Assembly: GCF_020745735.1 (NCBI RefSeq) | Contig: NC_083427.1 | Coordinates: forward strand, 2,945,438 to 3,009,437 | Length of the DNA stretch: 64,000 bases | Reading direction: 5' to 3' | Source: Hemiscyllium ocellatum | Lineage: Eukaryota | In this document: piece by piece, positions 1-11,209 of the stretch | Layout: every line of letters starts with the position of its first letter | Position numbering within the stretch: the first letter of the stretch is position 1 | Position numbers and translations under genes: made by a program | Notes under the pieces: model-generated | The model's database searches: none | Told to the model about the DNA's origin: nothing | Seen by the model: the letters and a program-made list of their open reading frames with translations, nothing else

Positions 1-129
1 TGAATGACAGACTCCTAAAGGTTTAGTTTCGTTATCTTTCAAGACAAAGCGCTTCGGAACAGCAGAGATGGGTATTTTCTCCAAAGTGATTGCATGTATG
101 TCTGTGATCGACAAAGGCTAGATTCGTAT

Positions 130-470
130 GGACCAGAAGAGGCCCTTTGACCATCGATTCTGTACTGCCATAACCATGCTAAATCTGTACTTGTCCCACT
201 TTCCTGCACTAGGCCACAACCTTTGAATGTTATGACACTTCAAGTGCTCATCCAAGTACTTTTTAAAAACTGTGAGGTGACCCAGCTCAACTGTCCTTGA
301 GTTGCACCAGGCAGTGCATTCCACCACCCTCTGCATGGAAAAAGTGTTTTTCACAAATCCCTCTCTACATCTTTCTGACACCTTAAAACACATTATTGAC
401 CCTTCAACTGCTGTCCACCCCATCCCATAGTCTTATACATCATAGTCAGGCTTCCTGCCTCAGCTCTGAC
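130..470 (-). mobile_element. Decayed CR1-clade LINE 3' fragment
   Basis: Resembles the reverse complement of the CR1 ORF2 C-terminus/3' UTR seen in better-preserved copies (e.g. 13213-13800). Confidence 0.55.
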
Positions 471-586
471 AAAAGCAACCTTACCCTGTGCAGCTAAAAT
501 TTCTCCGTGTTAGGCAACATCCTGGTAAACTTCCTCTGCACTGACTGCTCTCCAGTGTAATCGCATCCAAACAACCATGTTTAGTA

Positions 587-893
587 TTAGATTACTTACA
601 GTGTGGAAACAGGCCCTTAGGCCCAACAAGTCCACACTGACTCACCGAAGCGCAACCCACCCATACCCATACATTTACCCCTTACCTAACACTACGGGCA
701 ATTTAGCATGGCCAATTCACCTGGCCCGCACATCTTTAGACTGTGGGAGGAAACCGGAGCACCTGGAGGAAACCCACGCAGACACGGGAAGAACGTGCAA
801 ACTCCACACAATCAGTCGCCTGAGTCGGGAATTGAACCTGGGTCTCAGGCACTGTGAGGCAGCAGTGCTAACCACTGTGCCACCGTGCCGCCC
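587..893 (-). mobile_element. HE1-type tRNA-derived shark SINE, full length
   Basis: Minus strand reads GGGCGGCACGGTGGCACAGTGGTTAGCACTGCTGCCTCAC (A box), GGTTCAATTCC (B box) and ends in the CR1-like tail CCACACTGTAAGTAATCTAA. Near-identical copies at 12101, 14466 and 15898. Confidence 0.9.
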
Positions 894-1529
894 ACGGGGA
901 CCAGAACTGCACACGGTACTCCAGCTGTGTCTTTGCCAAAATCCTGTACAGTTCCAACTTGACCTCAATGCTCTCGTGATATATGTTGTGAGTGATAAAG
1001 ATGAGCATATTGTATGCTGCCTGAACTACCCTGTAAACCTACCCTACGACCCTCGGGGATTTGTGGACAAGCTCCCAATATCCCGGTGTTCCTCTCCGCT
1101 TCCACGTTTCTGACCATCCATTGAGTACTATTTGGTACAAATACTAAATTGTCCAGTAAATTTCCTCCGGCAACCTTGAGGATGGTAACTAAAGGGATGC
1201 CCCATTTGAAAACAAAAGCTAAAGGGAATTGCACCAGTAATTGGTGTATTCACAGGAATTTATCAATCCAGTATCTGTGTACATTCTGTCCAAATTCAGG
1301 AGAGTGTAGCTGAGATTCACCTGAATATGTCTGTATCTTCACCTCTAAACTTTTTAAGAAGCTGAATTTAATCACCTGTCCACCATCAGATCCTGACATG
1401 GGGAGATTAGCAAAGCTCTTCAGACAGATATTTCCTTGATGTTTTGATAAGACCACCCAAAAGTCCAAGAGTGGCTTGAATCAGATGGTAAATAGAGCAT
1501 GACTTATGTACACGTGGGTGTGGTGTTAT

Positions 1530-2070
1530 AGAGTCATACAGTACAGCAACAGAACCCTCGTCCACGCCAACCAGACATCCGAATTTGACCTAGTTGCATT
1601 TGCCAGCATTTGGCCCATATCCCTCCAAACCTCCCCGTTCATATCCTCCTAGACGCCCTTTAAGTGATGTAATTGAACTGCCCTACTCCCTCTGGCAATT
1701 TGTTCTGTACATGCACCACTCCCTATGTGAAGAAGTTACCCCTTATGACCCCTTTAAATCATTCCCCTCTTATCTTAAACCTATGCCTTTCAGGGAGGAA
1801 ACATCTTAACACTTCATCCTACCCATGTCCGTCATGATTTTATAAACCTTTATAAGGACATCCCTCAGTCTCCACAGGAGGAAAAAGCCTCAGCATATTC
1901 AGCCGCACCTTATAACTGAAACCCTCCAGTCCTGGCAATTTATTCTGCACCCTCTCAAGTTTAACAACATACTTTGTACAGAAGGACAATCAGTATTGTT
2001 TGCCACGTTGTAGAAGTGGCCTCACCAACGTCGTGCAGCTGCAACATGACATTCCAACTTCTACAAGCAA
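1530..2070 (-). mobile_element. CR1 LINE 3' end
   Basis: Tail gagtcatacagtacagc and homology to the ORF2 C-terminal region (GLFSLE..RLRGDL). Confidence 0.8.
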
Positions 2071-2186
2071 TTAGATGTGATTCCATGATAAACGTGTACT
2101 GAGGTCTGCTTGTTCAGGAAAAGGGGAACAGGCTTTGTGCTTCTTTTTCTGTGGAATTACAAACAAAGGGCAACGGTTTCATGAGG

Positions 2187-2740
2187 AATGCATCGAACGT
2201 AGTTCGGTGGAAGATCCTAGACAAAGCCTGGAATGAGTAGATTGCCTTATTTGGAAAGGCCAGACAGTTTAGGCCGGTATTCTGTGGAGTTTAAAAAAGT
2301 CAGAGGTGACTTAACTGATGCATATTAGATCCACAGGAGACTTAACCAGGTGAAGGTCGAATCTGGAAAATGGGTTATCATTTAAAAATAAGGTGTCACC
2401 CATTTGAAACCAAGGTGCGGAAACATTTTTGTCTCTTAGAGAATTCCAAGTTTTTAGAGGAACAAAATTCCAACAACTTGTAATTCTCTGAGAGACAAAA
2501 ATGTTTACTCATTTTTGTTTTAAATGGGTGACGCCTTATTTTTAAATGGTAACCCATTTTCTAGATGCGACCTTCACTTGGTTAAGTCTCCTGTGGATCT
2601 AATATGCATCAATTAAGTCACCTCTGACTTTTTTAAACTCCACAGAATACCGGCCTAAACTGTCTGGCCTTTCCAAATAAGGCAATCTACTCATTGCAGG
2701 CTTTGTCTAGTAACTTCCACCGAACTACTTTCGATGCATT
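2187..2740. repeat. Long inverted repeat (266-bp arms, 22-nt spacer) made of CR1 sequence
   Basis: Arm 2187-2452 is the reverse complement of 2475-2740. Manual alignment gives 18 mismatches and no gaps. Confidence 0.95.
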
Positions 2741-3470
2741 ATCTTTGGTAACTAGTACTGTGGACAGTACTCCAGATGCAGTCTTACCAGTGCCTTGTAT
2801 ACTGAAACATAACCTCCCTACTCTTGCATTCAATTCTCAACATACAACAACATTCTATTAGCTTTCCTTGTAACCTGTTCTACCTTCATTCTAATCTTCT
2901 GTGATTAACGCATTGGGAAATCCAGACCTCTCCACTTCTCAGACCTCTGCAACCTCTCACCAATTTAGATAGTAAGCTTCTTTATTATTCTTTCTTCCAA
3001 CATGAACAATTTCACATGTTCCCATATTGTACTCCATTTGAAAAATACTTCGCCCATTCAGGCAACCTGCCTAGATCTCTTTGTAAGCTCCTTATGTCCT
3101 CTTACAGAGTTGTAGAGCTGTACAGCTTGGACAGATTTGGTCCAACTCATCCATGCTGACCAGATATCCTAAATTAACCTAGTCCCATTTGCCAACATTT
3201 GGCCCATATCCCTCTAAATCCTTCCTATTCACATACCCATCAAAATTACTTTTAAATGTTGTTATTAGATCAGCCTCCACCACTTCTTTTGGCAGCTCAT
3301 TCCATATGTCCACCACCCTCTATGTGAAAAAGTTGCCTCTTAGGTCCCTTTTAAAACTTTCTCCTCTCACCTTAAACCTATGCCCTCCCATTCCGGACTT
3401 CTTCACACCAGAGCAAAGACCTTAGCTATTCACCGTATCCTTGCCCCTCATGACTCTTCAAAACTTCCTT
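2741..3470 (-). mobile_element. CR1 LINE fragments (RT C-terminal remnant plus a second 3' end from ~3105)
   Basis: Continues the minus-strand CR1 of the right palindrome arm. A second tail agagttgtagagctgtacagc begins at ~3106. Confidence 0.7.
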
Positions 3471-3689
3471 TTCTATCTCTCTTTCTGTCTTAGCAAGGCA
3501 CCCAGACATGCTCAGCTGCTTGAAAACAAATCAGCACTGACTAATGTGGACAGTAGATTGAGAACCCAGTTTTTGCCAAGGTCACCTACTTCACAGAGAA
3601 AACTAGCATTAGGACGATACCAGTCTGCGGAATTCTATCAGAGGGAGTTCCATTAAAATAAAAAAGGTATAGACTCAGTCTAGTCTTCT

Positions 3690-4305
3690 GCATTCGCTGC
3701 TCACAACGTGCTGTCCTCTACATTAAGGAAATGAGGCATGGACTGGGTGAACACTTCACAGAGCACCTAGGCCCTGTCCACAAAAGAGACTGAACTTCCA
3801 CTTGCCTGCCTTTTCAGCAGACTACCTTGTTCCCTGGTCAACATCTCGCTCTCAGGCTTGCTGCAGCGCTCCAGCGAAGCTCAGCGCAAGCTGGAGGAAC
3901 AGCACCTCATTTTCCACTTGGGGACCCCACAGCCTTCCGGACTGGATATCAAATTCAACAATTTGAGAGCTTGAGGCAACTTCTTCCATGTTCTTACCCC
4001 TTCGGGCCTTGTTATCACATGGTCTGCTATTATACAGTACCCATTAATGGCCATTCATTCTCGAACGCTGACCATTATCTGCTCTTTTGTCTGTCCAACC
4101 ATTCTTCTCTCCCTTTGGGTTCTAGCTCCACTCCCAAACCCTCCTCTCATCATATCCTCTGCAAAAAAAAACCCAACTTTTTCTGCGATACCATCCGTCC
4201 TGAAGAAGGGTCATTGGACCCGAAATGTTAACTCTGATTTCTCTCCACAGAGTCTGCCAGACCTGCTAAGATTTTCCAGCAATTTCTGGTTTTGTTACAG
4301 ACTCT
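3690..4305 (+). mobile_element. Penelope-like element 3' fragment (decayed GIY-YIG end and hammerhead-bearing terminus)
   Basis: Degenerate YIGET.R.LG..F.EHL-like coding at ~3720-3780. Hammerhead core CTGAAGA-AGGGTCATTGGACCC-GAAA-TGTT at 4200-4229. Confidence 0.7.
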
Positions 4306-4649
4306 TGAGTTTGGGAAATACTCACCAGGTGGATGCAGCTGAATAGGGAGAATATTTAAAGTCCTTGTGTGAACTTCTATTTGAACCAAGTGTATTTGTG
4401 ACCAACCAATAATTTAGAGTAGCGTGAGTTGAACTGAAATTGGAAGGGGTGAATCTACATTGATATATTTTCATGTGTGACTTGAAATGATTTAGCAGTT
4501 CTTCATGGTGCCTGCTCAGGGGTTTGCGTTGCTGTTTCTGAGCATTTTAGAAGCTTTCGTGTGTTTTCATTGGTTTGTAACCAAGAAATGACATAAAACA
4601 GACTCCTGGTCTAGAAATAGTCGGGATAGCCAGAAGTCAGTTGTGAGAA

Positions 4650-5400
4650 GTCAATAAGAATGTTCTAGAATCCACTTGGAATACTGTGAGCGGAGTTGGG
4701 CACTCCACCTTAGAATATATTGGCCTTGGAAGGAGTACAGTGTAGGTTTACAAGAATGATGTCTGGATTGCAGAAATTACATTATGAGGAGAGATTACAT
4801 AAATTAGGCCTGTTTTCTCTAGACTTCAGAAGGTTCGGGGTGATCTGATTGAATTCTTCATTGATGGTAACAGGAAAAGACAGAGTACATATAGATAAAC
4901 TGTTTCCTCTGGGGAATCTAGAAACCTCTAATTCACTACCACAGAAGGCTATGGAAGCCAGATCATTGAGTATATTTAAGACGGAGATAGGTGAGTTCTT
5001 AATTGTCAAGGTGATCAAGGGTTCCAGGGAGAAAGTGGGAGAATGGGGTTGAGAAACTGATCAGCCATGATCGAATGGCAGAGCTGACTTGATGGGCTTC
5101 ATGGCCTAATTTCTGCTCCTATGTCTTATGATCTGATGGGGACGTAGTCTGAGAACTAGGGCCAGACTGTTGTGGAGTGACATTAGGGAGTATATCTGGA
5201 CACAAAAGGTGGTAGATGTTCGGAACTCTCAGTGGCAGTGGTTGTAGGAACGGTTGTTAATTTAAAATCTAAATTTTTTTTTAAGCAAAGGTATTCAGAA
5301 ATAAGGCCAAACCAAGGTGTACGGAGTGGATCTCATTGAATAGCAGAACAGGATTGAGAGCCTGAATAGCCGACCCCTGTTCTTATGTTCTTTTCAAGAT
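4650..5400 (+). mobile_element. Decayed CR1 LINE 3' fragments
   Basis: gaggagagattacataaattaggcctgttttctctagac...gatctgattgaa matches the CR1 EERL..LGLFSLE..RLRGDLIE region. Confidence 0.7.
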
Positions 5401-5489
5401 GAGGTTTTGGTAAGAAATGACACATCTCTTGGTTAAAAAATCTTCAAAAATTTAATGAATGTGAAGAAATAGCTTCCATCCTCCCATAA

Positions 5490-5792
5490 AGATTAGATTC
5501 CCTACAGTGTGGAAACAGGCCCAACAAGTCCACACCAGCCCTCCGAACAGTAACCCACCCAGACCCATTTCCCTCTGACTAATGCACCTAACACCACAGG
5601 CAAAATAGCATGGCCAATCTACCTGACCTGCACATCTTTGTGATGGTGAGAAGAAGCCAGAGCACCCGGAGGAAACCCACACAGACACAGGGAGAACGTG
5701 CAAACTCCACACAGACAGTCGCCTGAGGCTGGAATTGAACTTGGGACCCTGGTGCTGTGAGGCAGCAGTGCTAACCACCTAGCCACCGTGCC
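5490..5792 (-). mobile_element. HE1-type SINE
   Basis: Same tRNA-like head and CR1-like tail as 587-893, somewhat more diverged. Confidence 0.88.
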
Positions 5793-6636
5793 AGCAGCTT
5801 TATGGCTGATACATGCAGGGCAGGCCTGTTCTCTCTGCCTAAACTCCAGATCATACCAGCTAACCTTTTAGAGGAGACTTGTCACCACCAGTTACAGACA
5901 AGCACTCACCTGTTTGCCCTCTGAGACGAATAGGCCATTGTGTTGATATAGTAGCTACAAGGAGACTTGTACTTGGAGGGAAGGGCATAGCTCAAAGCCC
6001 TCCTGGTAGATAGACATGCCGAATTCAGAAGAAATGTCTTTACCAGAGAGTGGTGAGAAAGTTGAACTCATTATCATGGGGAGTGATTAGATGAGAAAAT
6101 ATTGATATATTTAGGGAGTCCCAGACAAACAAAGCTGGTGAAGGGAGTTTCGAAGAATAGTCATCATTGACTCAAAACATTATCTCTGTTTCTCTCTCCA
6201 CAAATGCTACCAGACCTTCTGAGTTTCTCCAGCATCCTGCGTTTGTTTCAGACTTCCAGCATCAGTGGTAACCTGCCATTATTTGGGTGCAGGGAATAGA
6301 GGGTTATGATGATAGAGTTGGATTTGGGGGAAAAAATGAAAGGAGGTTGGTTTGGAATACTAACACCAACAGTAGTCTATAATGTTTGTGTCAAAAGCCC
6401 TGTTTCTGTGTCTTGTATCCTGTCTAAATACACTCCTTCAGGATTTAGCTCTAGCCTTGACATTCTGTCACCTATTTCTAAACTCTTTTAACTAGAGGAA
6501 ATAATGTGTATGTATCCCATGTTTCCATAATTGTACTGAATGCTGCTGTTACTGCCACTGTTAGTAACATCCAAAACTGAACCTCGTTCATTCCGACTTT
6601 TGAGGTTTATTCCTACTGATGTGAATAATGTCCGTA

Positions 6637-6835
6637 ACAAACGGAAGTAGCTGGAGAAACTCAGCAGGTCTGATAACATCTGTGATGAGAAAGCAGAGTC
6701 ACCATTTCAGGTCCAGTGGACTTACTTCAGAATGTTCTGAAGGAGGGTCACTGGACCTGAAATGTTGACTCTGCTCTTTCTCTCCATAGATACTACCAGA
6801 CCTGCTGAGTTTCTCCCAGCTACTTCTGTTTTTGT
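6637..6835. mobile_element. Palindromic Penelope-derived short element with head-to-head hammerhead motifs
   Basis: Arms 6637-6732 and 6735-6835 are reverse complements, centred on cttcagaa-tg-ttctgaag. The right arm has CTGAAGG-AGGGTCACTGGACCT-GAAA-TGTT. Confidence 0.8.
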
Positions 6836-7211
6836 TTCAGATTTCCAGCAGTTCTGTTTTTTCTTTAATAATCCCTGTGACTGGGTTGTAATTTCCCATC
6901 CTGTGTCTCTTAACTAAGTCAACTTTGTTTCAAACACAGTCTGTCAAGTCCTTGGGTTTCCCAAGTTAAGAGGAGGTTAACTAATGTCCCAGTTGCCAAC
7001 TGCCCCATTTTAAGATCTTTTCTCCTTGTTAATTCTAGATTACTTTTGTTACTCTCATGAACAACTTCTGACATCCCATACCTCCCCAAATAGCCTTTCA
7101 TTCCGTCTTGGAATCCAGAGCAGCTTTTGGTATTAAGCAGAAGCTGGAAATAATAACCTATACTGTTTCAAGTTTGGCTAATTTTGTCTTGGATTATTTG
7201 CTTAAATTTTT

Positions 7212-8530
7212 CCCAGCGCTGATGGGGTGCTGACGCTGCCTGAGTAAGTGGTGGAGGCTGATACAATTACGACATTTAAAAGGCATCTGGATGGAAATAT
7301 GAATAGGACGGATTTAGAGGGATATGGGCCAAATGGGACTAGGTCAGATTGGGATGTCTGGTCAGTGCAATAAGTTGGGTCTGTTTCTATGCTGTATGAC
7401 TCTATGATTCTAATTGTTGCAATTTTTAACAGGGCTGTCACACTTAAAATCTGCAGATGTTTTGGCTCCTATATAAAGAGGGTGAGAAGATTGTGACTAC
7501 AGCCCCTTCCAGTTCCATATGAAGAATGCTGTTATTGAACACGTTAGAGATGGGGAAACGTGTTGTTTTTGCAGATATAGAAAAAGCATACAGAAAAGGG
7601 GTACAGCAAGAGAACTATTGACTCTGCAGGTATTTAGGGAAGAGTATCTCCACTTTTCAGTGTATAATTGTGGTTAATTAAATACTAACGTTGGGTGTGT
7701 AATTATTATAGCAAAGAAGTTCTTTCTAAAAATTATGTTTTCAGCAAAAAGCTGAGATAACCGAAATGCTCGGTCTGTACAAAATGAGACAAGTTATTGA
7801 AATGTTCAAGGATGGAATGTACCAACAGAATTGATACAAAATGTTAAGCCAGATCTGGATGTACTGTCGTCAAAATAATGTGTGTGTCAGCACGTACAGA
7901 GAGGAACGTTGCCAACCTGGGGAAGGGGGAAGTAATAAAGGTGGAGCGCAGCTGGGCAGTGGTCTGGTACAGTAAGAGAATTTGGGTAATTAGGAGTCTG
8001 GAGAGGTGACCTCACGCAGCTCAAAAGTATAACTGTGTAGTAGTTTGAATAATCATCATTTCAATTGCTTTCTGCAATTGGGGTCCTTTCTTGCAAGATC
8101 GTAAAATAAATTCTCTTGTTTCCAGCTTTAGCGGTCTGGTATAATTTTATTGAGTTTGCTTCTTACAGATTTGAGGGCTCATCCTGTCCCAGCACTGATG
8201 TGATGCTGACGCTGCCAGAGTAAGTGGTGGAGGCTGATACAATTACGACATTTAAAAGGCATCTGGATGGAAATATGATTAGGACGGATTTAGAGGGATA
8301 TGGGCCAAATTCTCGCAAATGGGACTAGGTCAGATTGGGATGTCTGGTCAGTGCAATGAGTTGGGTCTGTTTCTATGCTATATGACTCTATGATTCTAAT
8401 TGCTGCAATTTTTATCAGGGCTGTCAGGCTTAAAACCTGCAGATGTTTTGGCTCCTATATAAAAAGGGTGAGAAGATTATGACTACAGCCCCTGCCAGCT
8501 ACACATGAAGAATGCTGTTATTGAACAGCA
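7212..8530 (+). repeat. Dispersed direct repeat of ~330 bp (7212-7535 and 8188-8525) containing a CR1 3' fragment
   Basis: The two copies align through cccagc.ctgatg...gaagaatgctgttattgaaca and share both CR1 junctions. Confidence 0.9.
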
Positions 8531-9844
8531 GACCTTCAATGTTTAACTGGAGGGCCAGCCTCAAGAATGGCCTCATGTTTCTTCCTGTTTCCTGTCTCTA
8601 TGGGGGGTTGGGGCAATTATTGAGAAATAATGGGGTATTATGATGTCATAGAGTCCTAGAGATGTACAGCACGGAAACAGACCCTTTGGTCCAACCCGTC
8701 CATGCCGACCAGATATCCCAACCCAATCTAGTCCCACTTGGCAGCACTCCCCCAGTCCTGCTGCAATTATTGAGAAATAATGGGGTATTATGATGTCCCC
8801 CAGTCCTGCTGCGTTTATGTCACACAGACTGTTCAATAACAGCAGAGTCTTCATGTTGGAAACCAGTTTATTCAAGACAGCAGCAGACGCATCGGTGATA
8901 GATCTGTCAAAGAAATTAATGAAAACACAATGATACAGCAACTGAATAACTGACAAGCGATGTAAGTTATGAAGTTAACAATGTCTGCAACATCAGTCGG
9001 TATAGGGCACTCAAAGTCCTAGGACATTGGAATAGCAATGAAATAATTTAGGGAAGTAATGCACTGCAGTCAAAACAGCCTTGTACTATTTCTTCTTGTC
9101 ACCTTCCTTAGAATTCACTATATCAACTGGACCATTGACAAGGGGGAATAGCACATTGTGTAATTCCAAGAAAAGGTTGTGATTATCCAGAGATTTGATC
9201 CTGTTTGAAATTATCTTCCAAGTTTTAAATTTAACCTGGGCACAATGGACCATTTGATGTTAAGATTATGCTATCGCTTTAGATGTTGTTTGGTATAGAT
9301 TTAATGATAAAGGGCAGATATGGATGCTCAAAATTATTCTACTCTCTGGACATTAATATTTATTGAATTTCTTGAACTTATAAGGATCAACACTGTATCT
9401 TCAGTATTAGTTAGTTTTGTTGATGTTGACCACCTTTGTAGGACAGAAAATGTCCACGTGGGTTTCTATAGGTATTGTATGTGTGAGAAAGGGGGGCATA
9501 TGTCATAGGGATGTACAGCATGGAAACAGACCCTTCGGTCCAACCCGTCCGTACCGATCAGATATCCCAACCCAATCTAGTCCCACCTGCCAGCGCCTGG
9601 CCCATATCCCTCCAAACCCTTCCTATTCATATACCCATCCAAATGCCTCTGAAATGTTGCAATTGTACCAGCCTCCACCACATCCTCTAGCAGCTCATTC
9701 ATATGTGTGAGGAAAGAATGTATGTGTGGGTGTGGGAGAAAGAGAGGGGATATTTTTGGTTGTCCTTATGTGCGAGAGCTACTTCTGTAAGAAATAGGAA
9801 CTCACAAAGTTTTGTAGCTCAAGTCACCATCACCAGCAGCTTAG

Positions 9845-10130
9845 AAACCCACAGCAACCACCACCAAGAAGGACAAGGGCTACAGGTACCTGGGAACACT
9901 ACCTCCTATAAGTTCTCTCGAAGTCAAGTGCCATTCTATCTTGAAAACCCATTGCTATTCCTTCGGTGTTGTTAGGTCAAATCCTTGAACATTCTCCGTG
10001 ACAAGCTCTGTCGGTGTCCCAGCACCCCATAGACTGCAGCCGTTTAAGAAGCTGTCGACACTGGGGCAATTAGGGATGGGCAGTAAATGTTTGGCCCAGC
10101 CTTAGACACCCAAATACTGTGAAATATTTT
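9845..10130 (+). mobile_element. LINE 3' end sharing the gggcaattagggatggg tail with Deu-type SINEs
   Basis: Homologous to 59780-60385. The same terminal motif ends the SINEs at 37362 and 61921. Confidence 0.65.
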
Positions 10131-10595
10131 AAAAGTCGGCCACTTGACCATTGACCATGCTGTATCCTTCAATAAGATCGTGACTGATTTGATTACTTAA
10201 CATTCCTGCCTTTTGTCAATAACACACCATCAGTGTTCATCTAGAATATATGTGTCCCTCTTTTTTTTTCTCACATTGCGTGGTCAGTCTTCAGAACTGT
10301 CTTCTTAAAGAGGTGGGGAAAGCAGTGATGGATAGATTTTGTGAATATGTTTAAGGCAGTGGTGAATAGATTTTTGGTAAGCTTGTATGTGAAAACTAAT
10401 CGGGGTGGGGTGGGGCGGGGGGGAGATTGTGGATTTGAAGTTACACTCAAATCAGCAGTGATTTGTTGAGTGGCTGGGCAGACTGAATACGCACAGTCCT
10501 GTTCATATGTTTCTTATTCACACCACACATTCATTGCCTCAGATTGGCTTTGCGATAAGTTGCTCCTTTCCAGCCTGTATTATACTGAATGATGA

Positions 10596-10997
10596 GTTGG
10601 AGGAGTCGACGTTGGACTGGAGTGGACAAAGTTAAAAATCACAACATCAGGTTAAACTCCAACAGGTTTAGCTGGAAGCACTAGCTTTCGAGGCATTGCT
10701 TCTTCATCAGACGGTTGTGAAGCAGGATTGTGAGACACAGAATTTATAGCAAAAGGTTACGGTCATACAGTGATACATTGTACAAACCAGATTGTTAAGT
10801 TTCTCATCTTTCAGAACCGAAACCAGCAAATCCATTCTAAAAGATGAAAGACTTAACAATCTAGGTTTGCTCAACGTATCACTGAAATGTTTTGCTATAA
10901 ATTCTGTGTCTTATAGTCCTGCTTCACAACCACCTGATGAAGGAGCAGCACTCCGAAAGCTAGTGCTTCCAAATAAACCTGTTGGACTATAACCTGG
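10596..10997. mobile_element. Palindromic Penelope-terminus insertion with 15-bp target-site duplication
   Basis: TATACTGAATGATGA flanks it at 10581-10595 and 10998-11012. Inverted arms lie at ~10648-10816 and ~10835-10997. Confidence 0.85.
10931..10965 (+). ncRNA. Minimal type-I hammerhead ribozyme motif, intact core
   Basis: CAC-CTGATGA-AGGAG-CAGCA-CTCC-GAAA-GCTA^GTG: stem I CAC/GTG, stem II GGAG/CTCC, self-complementary AGCT as a loopless stem III. Predicted cut after 10962. Confidence 0.75.
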
Positions 10998-11209
10998 TAT
11001 ACTGAATGATGACAGGATTCACCTCTTCCCCCCAACATAAAGCAAACAAAAACTACGTTAGCTGAAGATCTGAATCAAAAACAAGTTGTTGGAGAAACTC
11101 TGAGTTAAGGTATGGACTCCAGCGAGCAGGGGGCCTGTTTTCTCTTTGCAGATGCTGCCAGGTTTGCTTTGGCTTCGCAGCAATTTTTATGCTTTTGCTA
11201 ACTGCTCTG

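Noticed and set aside
587-893. tRNA genes at SINE heads
   Set aside because: A/B boxes are present but continue directly into SINE body and LINE-like tail, with no acceptor stem or tRNA 3' end.
577-1113. 178-aa ORF and similar ORFs at 12121, 15914 and 16021
   Set aside because: They are antisense readings of HE1-type SINE copies, giving the same peptide at every copy.
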